DNA of 64,000 bases, from the NCBI GenBank assembly GCA_964491125.1, contig CAZBFJ010000001.1, positions 168 to 64,167 on the forward strand. Reading direction: 5' to 3'. This stretch comes from an uncultured Myxococcales bacterium. Its GTDB lineage: Bacteria > Myxococcota_A > Polyangia > Fen-1088. Positions within the stretch are counted from its first letter, which is position 1; each line of letters begins with the position of its first letter. The position numbers were made by a program, and so were the translations under genes. This document shows, piece after piece, positions 58,585-64,000 of the stretch. The notes below the pieces were generated by a model. It searched no databases and was not told where the DNA came from. It saw only the letters and a list, made by a program, of their open reading frames with translations.

Positions 58585-59820
58585 ATGGCCTCGATGACTC
58601 GAGCGCAGCTCCCCGACGAGGCCGCGTCACCTGCCCGCGCCCACTGGCCGTGGTGGGTGGCCTTGCTGGCGTCGCTCGCGGGCGTGGCCCTGTCCATCGT
58701 CCTCGAACGAAACCATTACCGGACCCACACGGATCCGGGGTTTCACAGCTTCTGCGCCCTCGGCCGCACCGTGAACTGCGACATCGTCTCGCGCAGCCCC
58801 TACGCCGTGTTCCTCGGCGTGCCCGTCGCGGTCTGGGGCATCTTCGGCTACGTCCTCGCGTCGGTGGTGTCGCTCTGGGGCCTGCTCCGCCGCGGCCCGC
58901 TCCCCGCCGCCTGTGGCCTCGCGCTGTCGATCCTGTACCTCGGGGCCACCGTCGTGCTCGGGGCCACCTCGGCGTGGCTCGTCGCCGCCGTGTGCATTCT
59001 TTGCCTGGCCACCTACGGGGCGAACTTGGTGTTCTTCGCCTGCATGCTCCGGGTGGCCTGGCCGCGGGGCCTCGGCGCGACGCTCGGCGAGCTGCCGCGT
59101 GCCGCGCGCGCCCGTCCCGGCCGAACCGCGGCCGCGCTGGGCCTCTTGGCCGGCGCCACCGTGGCCCTCATCGCCGCGCACCCCCGGTACTGGAAGACCG
59201 CGATCGAGCCGCCACGGCAGGTGGCCGGGGCTCCCGCCCAGCCCCATGGCGTGGAGCCAGGCGGCGGGCACTACCTCGGCGCCGCACACCCCATCCTCAC
59301 CATCACCGAGTTCAGCGACTACGAGTGCCCGTATTGCCGGCAAGCTCACGCGCAGCTCCGCGAGCTGCTCGACCGCTACCCCACCCGCCTGCGCGTGGTC
59401 CATCGCCATTATCCCCTCGACCAGAGCTGCAACCCCTCGATCACCTCCCGCATGCACGAGAACGCCTGCTTTGCCGCGATGGTCGCCGAGTGCGCCGGCC
59501 GTCAGGACCGCTTCTGGCAAGCCAACGACTACCTGTTCGCCGAGGCGCGCGGCTTGCACGCGCGCGGGAACGCCGAGATCGCCCGCGACCTCGGCCTCGA
59601 CCAGGACCGCCTCGAGCGCTGCCTGCGCGAGGAGGGCCCGCGCGCCGTGGCGCTCGACGTCGAGGCGGGCAACCAGTTGCAGATCCAGGGCACGCCGACC
59701 TTCGTCATCGAAGGCAAGGCCCACATGGGCATGCTGCCTTTCTGGGTGCGAAGCCGCCTCGATGCCGCCACGGGCGTCGACAGCGGCGCGGGCGGGCCGC
59801 TACCGGCCAGCCCCCCGTAG
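58585..59820 (+). CDS. VKOR (vitamin K epoxide reductase)-thioredoxin/DsbA fusion protein
   Basis: Five TM with a loop Cys pair and a CILC active site (AVCILCLATYG). C-terminal thioredoxin fold with CPYC. Confidence 0.8.
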   Translation: MASMTRAQLPDEAASPARAHWPWWVALLASLAGVALSIVLERNHYRTHTDPGFHSFCALGRTVNCDIVSRSPYAVFLGVPVAVWGIFGYVLASVVSLWGLLRRGPLPAACGLALSILYLGATVVLGATSAWLVAAVCILCLATYGANLVFFACMLRVAWPRGLGATLGELPRAARARPGRTAAALGLLAGATVALIAAHPRYWKTAIEPPRQVAGAPAQPHGVEPGGGHYLGAAHPILTITEFSDYECPYCRQAHAQLRELLDRYPTRLRVVHRHYPLDQSCNPSITSRMHENACFAAMVAECAGRQDRFWQANDYLFAEARGLHARGNAEIARDLGLDQDRLERCLREEGPRAVALDVEAGNQLQIQGTPTFVIEGKAHMGMLPFWVRSRLDAATGVDSGAGGPLPASPP

Positions 59821-60246
59821 CAGCCGCTCTTCCAGCGCGCGCATGCGCCGCGCCGGGCTCGGCCGATGGTGGTCGTGCCCGAAGAGGTGGCACAGCCCGT
59901 GGATCGCGAGACGCGCGAGCTCGCCGGAAAGACGGCGGCCCGAGCCTCGCCGCAGCGCCGTCTCGACGGAGATGACCACGTCTCCGAGAAACGCACCCTG
60001 GCCCGCCGGATCGGACTCGCCCCGCAGATCCTGCTGGTGAAAGCTGAGGACGTCGGTGGCGCGATCGAGCTTGCGGTAGCGGCGGTTGAGCTCGCGTATC
60101 TCGGGGTCGCCGGTCAAGAGCAGCGTTACTTGCGCGCGCGAGCGGTCGAGTCGGCGCAACGCCGCCCGGACCCGCGCGACCAGCCGCGCGCGCTCCGCCC
60201 GGTCCACCAGCCGCGCAACCTCGGGGCGTATGAGCAGCTCCACCAA
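59800..60246 (-). CDS. ybeY: rRNA maturation endoribonuclease YbeY
   Basis: The C-terminus of track ORF 59800..60540: DVLSFH, GDVVIS and the zinc motif HGLCHLFGHDHH. I chose the TTG at 60246 after a GGAGGGAGG RBS; a GTG at 60243 is an alternative. About 149 aa. Confidence 0.82.
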   Translation of the reverse strand: MVELLIRPEVARLVDRAERARLVARVRAALRRLDRSRAQVTLLLTGDPEIRELNRRYRKLDRATDVLSFHQQDLRGESDPAGQGAFLGDVVISVETALRRGSGRRLSGELARLAIHGLCHLFGHDHHRPSPARRMRALEERLLRGAGR

Positions 60247-60248
60247 AG

Positions 60249-61916
60249 CTAGAGCACCTCCCTCCAGAGCTGGCCTTCGACGAAGACGCGGAGCAGATCG
60301 CGGTCGCACCGGCCGGCGCGAGCCTCGCCGTCGAGGATGGCGAGCGCGCGTTCCAGGGGGACCGCCGCCTTGTAGGGGCGATCGGCGGCCGTCAGGGCGT
60401 CGAAGACGTCGGCGAGGGTCAGGATGCGAGCCTCGATCCCGATCTGGTCCCCGCGCAGGCGAGCCGGGTAGCCGCTGCCATCCAGCAACTCGTGGTGGGC
60501 GCCCGCGATGCTTGGCAGGTCCCGCAGCGTCCGCCCCCACGGTATGGTCTGCAGGAACGCGAGCGTGTGCCCGACGTGGTTTTCGATCTGCGCCCGCTCT
60601 TCGGGTGTCAGGCTGCCGCGCGCCACGGCGAGCGCCGCCCGCTCCTCGGGCAGGAGGTACGGTTGCGGCTGCCCCTGCTCATCGAGGTAGGTCATCGTCG
60701 CGAGCTCCTCGAGACCAGCTCGCGTTGGCCCGTCGAGCGGGATCGGCTCGTTCGCCGCCACCACCACCCGCCAGAAGTCGTCGATCCGGGCGAGCCGCTC
60801 CGCCAAGACCTGGTCCAGCGCCACCAGCTCGTCGGTGGGCACGTCCGCGCTCGTCCGGAAGAGCTCGACCTTGCCGCGCAGCACGTCGGCCTCGAGCAAG
60901 CGTCGGATGTAGCGAAAGCGCTGTGCCACCGCCGCAAGCTGCCAGTCGTAGAGCTTCTTGGCCTTGACGAGCACCTGCTCGCGCACGCCGACCTTGCCGA
61001 AGTCGTGCAGCACGCCGGCATACTCGAGCTGGCGCAGCTCATCGGCCGAGAAACGCACGTGCGCCAGCGGCCCTTCGACGGTGGCGTCCACCCGGCGGGC
61101 GAGCGCGACCGCCAGGGTGGCGACCCGCCGCGAATGACCCGACGTCGTCGGATCCCGCGCCTCGATGGCGGTGACCGAGGCCGCGACGAAGCTCTCGAAG
61201 AGGCGACGAATCTCGTCGTTGAGGATGGCGTTCTCCAGCGACACACCGGCCTGCGAGGCCAGCGCCAGGGCCATCTCCTCCGCGCGCGCGTCGAAGGGGA
61301 CGACCTCGGCCGCGAAATCCGCGGGGGCCCGCAACGGGCGCGCCGGATCGCGCTTCTTGTTGATGAGCTGGATGACACCGATGACGTCGCCCATGGCCGA
61401 CAGCATCGGCACGGTCAGCATCGAACGCGTCTGGTACCCCGTCTTGCGATCGAAGCTGCCATCGTGGGTCAAGCCGGCGCCCGCGCCAGCCAGCGCGGAG
61501 AAGTCGGGGATGTTGCTCGGCTGCCTGGAGAACGCCGCCTCGCCCGCGATCGACGACGCGTCGATCGTGAGGCGCGATTCCTGAAAGTCGACCGCCACCG
61601 AGTCGTTCTGCGAGAGCATGAAGTGCAAAACCGCCTGGCCTCGCCGCCCGGCGCCGAGCGCCGAGGCCCCCGCGCGGGACGCCGAACCCGCCGTCGGGGT
61701 CGCGCCGGCGCCGGTCGAGTCGTCCGGGCCCTCGACGATGTAGACGCTGCCGGCGTCGGCGCCGGTGATCTCCCGGCTCTTGCGCAGGATGAGATCGAGC
61801 AGCTTACGGATGTCCCGCTCCGCCGACAGCGCCCGAGAGATGGCGAGCAGCTCGTCGCGCTCGTAGCGAGCGCGGGCTTCGGCTTGCAGCGCGCTGGCGG
61901 CTTCCGCCCCCTCCAT
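60249..61916 (-). CDS. GAF-domain HD-GYP phosphodiesterase (c-di-GMP)
   Basis: N-terminal GAF (GSVYIVEG...VIGVIQLINKK). HD-GYP with HD (GVLHDFGK) and HHELLDGSGYP. Confidence 0.85.
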   Translation of the reverse strand: MEGAEAASALQAEARARYERDELLAISRALSAERDIRKLLDLILRKSREITGADAGSVYIVEGPDDSTGAGATPTAGSASRAGASALGAGRRGQAVLHFMLSQNDSVAVDFQESRLTIDASSIAGEAAFSRQPSNIPDFSALAGAGAGLTHDGSFDRKTGYQTRSMLTVPMLSAMGDVIGVIQLINKKRDPARPLRAPADFAAEVVPFDARAEEMALALASQAGVSLENAILNDEIRRLFESFVAASVTAIEARDPTTSGHSRRVATLAVALARRVDATVEGPLAHVRFSADELRQLEYAGVLHDFGKVGVREQVLVKAKKLYDWQLAAVAQRFRYIRRLLEADVLRGKVELFRTSADVPTDELVALDQVLAERLARIDDFWRVVVAANEPIPLDGPTRAGLEELATMTYLDEQGQPQPYLLPEERAALAVARGSLTPEERAQIENHVGHTLAFLQTIPWGRTLRDLPSIAGAHHELLDGSGYPARLRGDQIGIEARILTLADVFDALTAADRPYKAAVPLERALAILDGEARAGRCDRDLLRVFVEGQLWREVL

Positions 61917-61933
61917 GTCGCGCGTAGCTTACG

Positions 61934-64000
61934 CTATTTTGCCGGACTCGGGGTGAGCCGGCGGCCGCGCCGGGCGCGCAGCCAGAACCAGGCCAACACG
62001 AGCAGGGTGCCGAGCGTGAGCGCGCCACCCAGCCGGAGGCTCTCCGGAACGAGCTCGAGGCGCACGCGATGCTGCCCAGCCTCGAGCGGAATGGCCCGCA
62101 AGAGATAGTCGGCGCGCAGGATGGGGGTCTCTTGTCCGTCCACCCAGGCTCGCCACCCCGGGTAGAAGATCTCGCTCAGCAACAAGAATGAGCTGCTCGC
62201 GGACGCCGCCTCGAGCTCGAGGCGGTTGGCGCCGTACTCGAGCATGGTCACCCGGTCGGCCGCGGCGCCGGCTCGTCCTGCGGCCGGCAGGTCACGCGCG
62301 TGCCCGTCGGGGTCGGCCTCGAGGAGCACGGTGGTGAACGGATCGAAGGCGGGGTCCTTCAAGATGCGCAGCTGTTCGTTCCGATCGGGAATCAGCACCG
62401 CGCGATGCAGGAGCGACGCGCGCGGCAGGAAGCGCTCGGTGCGCAACAGGTGCTTGCCGCCGGGCGTGAACACGATGCCGTATTTGATGCCAAGGATGCG
62501 TGAGCTGAAGATGGTGCTGGGCTGGAAGAGACCGAGGGCCGGCGTGTGCTGGGCCCAGGTGGGAACCGGCAGGTCGGCCATGGTGTGCAGGAAGACGTAG
62601 AAGTCGTCCAGGCCGCCAGGCACGTAGCCCCCGGCGTTGTAGCAGCCGAACGCACTACAGCGCGATGCCAGCGACATGTTGGCCGGGGAGAAACCGATGG
62701 GGATCAGCACCCGATGGTCGCCGGGGTCTTCCTCGAGCAGTCGCTCGTGCTCGAGCTTGGCCGTCACTTGGTCGAGGCGGACGATCGGGAGTCCGGCCGA
62801 GCTGCGCAGCGCCAGATCCACGAAGACCGTGCCGACCATCAGCACGCTCGCGAGCCGCGATCGACCGAGCCAGGGCCAGCTCGCCAGCAAGGCAACGCCG
62901 AGGCCAAGCGCGACATAGGCCTTGACCATCGCCTTGGACCCCAGGGGAATGGCGAACCCGTGCGCCCCTGCGAGCAGCCCGACGAGCAACAACGGCGCCA
63001 GGACGAGGAGGAAGCGCCGCAGCCAGCGGGCGGACACCCCCGCCCGCAGTGTCTCTGCCCCGAGCCCGGCCAGAACCGCGAGGAACAGGGCCAGCACGCA
63101 CAGGGCGCGCGCCGGCACCCGCGCCTTCCCGAGGAAGGGAACGAGCGCGACGTAGAGGCGGTAGATGGGCGTGTAGCCACCGAGAGCGAAGGTGACCGCG
63201 ACCAAGGCAAGCATCGCCCAGATCAGGATCCGCCGGCGATCCGGCGCCTTCAGCACGGCGACGATCGCCAACACGAGGGGCAGGACGCCGATGGCGCAGG
63301 CGTAGTCCGGTTCCATGCTGAGCGTCGAAAACTGGACGTGCGGGAGCAGCAGGGTCGCGAAGTTCTCGGGCGGCATCGACATGCGGGTTGCGAAGGCGTA
63401 GCTCCCCTCCGCGCGATTCGAGCGTGACAGCAGCTCCTCGGCGGGGAGCAACGCCACCGCCGCCAGACCGAGAGCCGTCGCCGGCACCACCAACCAGGCC
63501 GCCGCCCACCGGTAGCGGCTGCCCGTGCCGACGGTTCGCGGGCCGAGCCAGCTACGCAGGACCACGTAGAGGACGCCGAACACGGCGGTGTACACGCACC
63601 CCTGCAGGTAACCCGACAGCAGCTGCAGGGCGAAGGCCACGCCGGCCAACACCAGGGCGCGCCCGCGGGGTGGGTGGAACGCTCGCTCGAGGTAGTTGAA
63701 GACCCAGGGAAGCCAGGCCGCAGCGTGGAGCAGCACGATGTGGCCGGCGTGGACGCGCATGATCAGATTGCTGCCCAGGCCATACGCCAGGCCTGCCACC
63801 AGCCCGGCCGCGCGCGAACCGGCGAGCGCTCGGGTGAGGGCGTAGGCACCAGCTCCCGCAAGCGCCACGTGCAGAACCAGGTCCGCGCTGAACGCCCATG
63901 GGATGGGCAACGCCAGGAACAAGAGGACGGGCGGGTAGAGAACGGAGTTGGCGAGGTTCGCGAGAAAAGGCTGCCCGCAGTACACATGCGGGTTCCAGAG
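61934..64000 (-). CDS. YfhO-like large polytopic membrane protein (partial; the 5' end lies beyond the window)
   Basis: At least 683 aa with at least 12 TM and a C-terminal soluble domain. The reverse complement of the last bases reads ...LWNPHVYCGQPFL... with no stop, so the gene continues past 64000. Confidence 0.65.
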   Translation of the reverse strand, partial: LWNPHVYCGQPFLANLANSVLYPPVLLFLALPIPWAFSADLVLHVALAGAGAYALTRALAGSRAAGLVAGLAYGLGSNLIMRVHAGHIVLLHAAAWLPWVFNYLERAFHPPRGRALVLAGVAFALQLLSGYLQGCVYTAVFGVLYVVLRSWLGPRTVGTGSRYRWAAAWLVVPATALGLAAVALLPAEELLSRSNRAEGSYAFATRMSMPPENFATLLLPHVQFSTLSMEPDYACAIGVLPLVLAIVAVLKAPDRRRILIWAMLALVAVTFALGGYTPIYRLYVALVPFLGKARVPARALCVLALFLAVLAGLGAETLRAGVSARWLRRFLLVLAPLLLVGLLAGAHGFAIPLGSKAMVKAYVALGLGVALLASWPWLGRSRLASVLMVGTVFVDLALRSSAGLPIVRLDQVTAKLEHERLLEEDPGDHRVLIPIGFSPANMSLASRCSAFGCYNAGGYVPGGLDDFYVFLHTMADLPVPTWAQHTPALGLFQPSTIFSSRILGIKYGIVFTPGGKHLLRTERFLPRASLLHRAVLIPDRNEQLRILKDPAFDPFTTVLLEADPDGHARDLPAAGRAGAAADRVTMLEYGANRLELEAASASSSFLLLSEIFYPGWRAWVDGQETPILRADYLLRAIPLEAGQHRVRLELVPESLRLGGALTLGTLLVLAWFWLRARRGRRLTPSPAK

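Overview
This 64-kb window is very GC-rich (about 70%, with strong third-position GC bias) and densely coding on both strands. I support about 50 protein genes and one tRNA-Ala(GGC). I saw no rRNA, no CRISPR array and no transposase or integrase. The gene content (a Myxococcus-type cysteine-rich-repeat/fibro-slime lipoprotein, DUF4388, many hybrid histidine kinases, FHA/PP2C and c-di-GMP genes) suggests a myxobacterial (Myxococcota) chromosome; that is an inference, not a database result.

The housekeeping backbone is: SUV3-like helicase, ilvC, pfkA, rny, a 5-formyl-THF cyclo-ligase, recN, nadK, rpsU-prmA-rsmE, ffh, manA, lgt, dnaK, ribF, an RND efflux pair, mepA, a 2-hydroxyacid dehydrogenase, glpK and ybeY.

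Signal-transduction systems are interleaved with it:
- A seven-gene, translationally coupled chemosensory operon at 1-9324 (minus strand): CheY-like, GAF protein, DUF4388/GAF protein, CheA, CheW, a membrane MCP and a PBS-lyase-type HEAT-repeat protein. There is no CheB/CheR in the cluster. It resembles the Che7/Cpc7 alternative-function systems of Myxococcus; I think this is the most likely undescribed variant in the window.
- An operon with the order hybrid HK - standalone CheR - hybrid HK (13708-20112).
- A long plus-strand operon (51.8-58.5 kb): esterase, glpK, PP2C, ArsA-like ATPase, ThpR and a PAS-GGDEF cyclase.
- A GAF-HD-GYP phosphodiesterase next to ybeY, and a T2SSE_N(MshEN-like)+HEAT protein next to ffh.

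Many genes use GTG/TTG starts and 4-nt ATGA/GTGA start-stop overlaps. The six-frame track contains many long alternate-frame or antisense ORFs, which are typical of GC-rich DNA and which I rejected.
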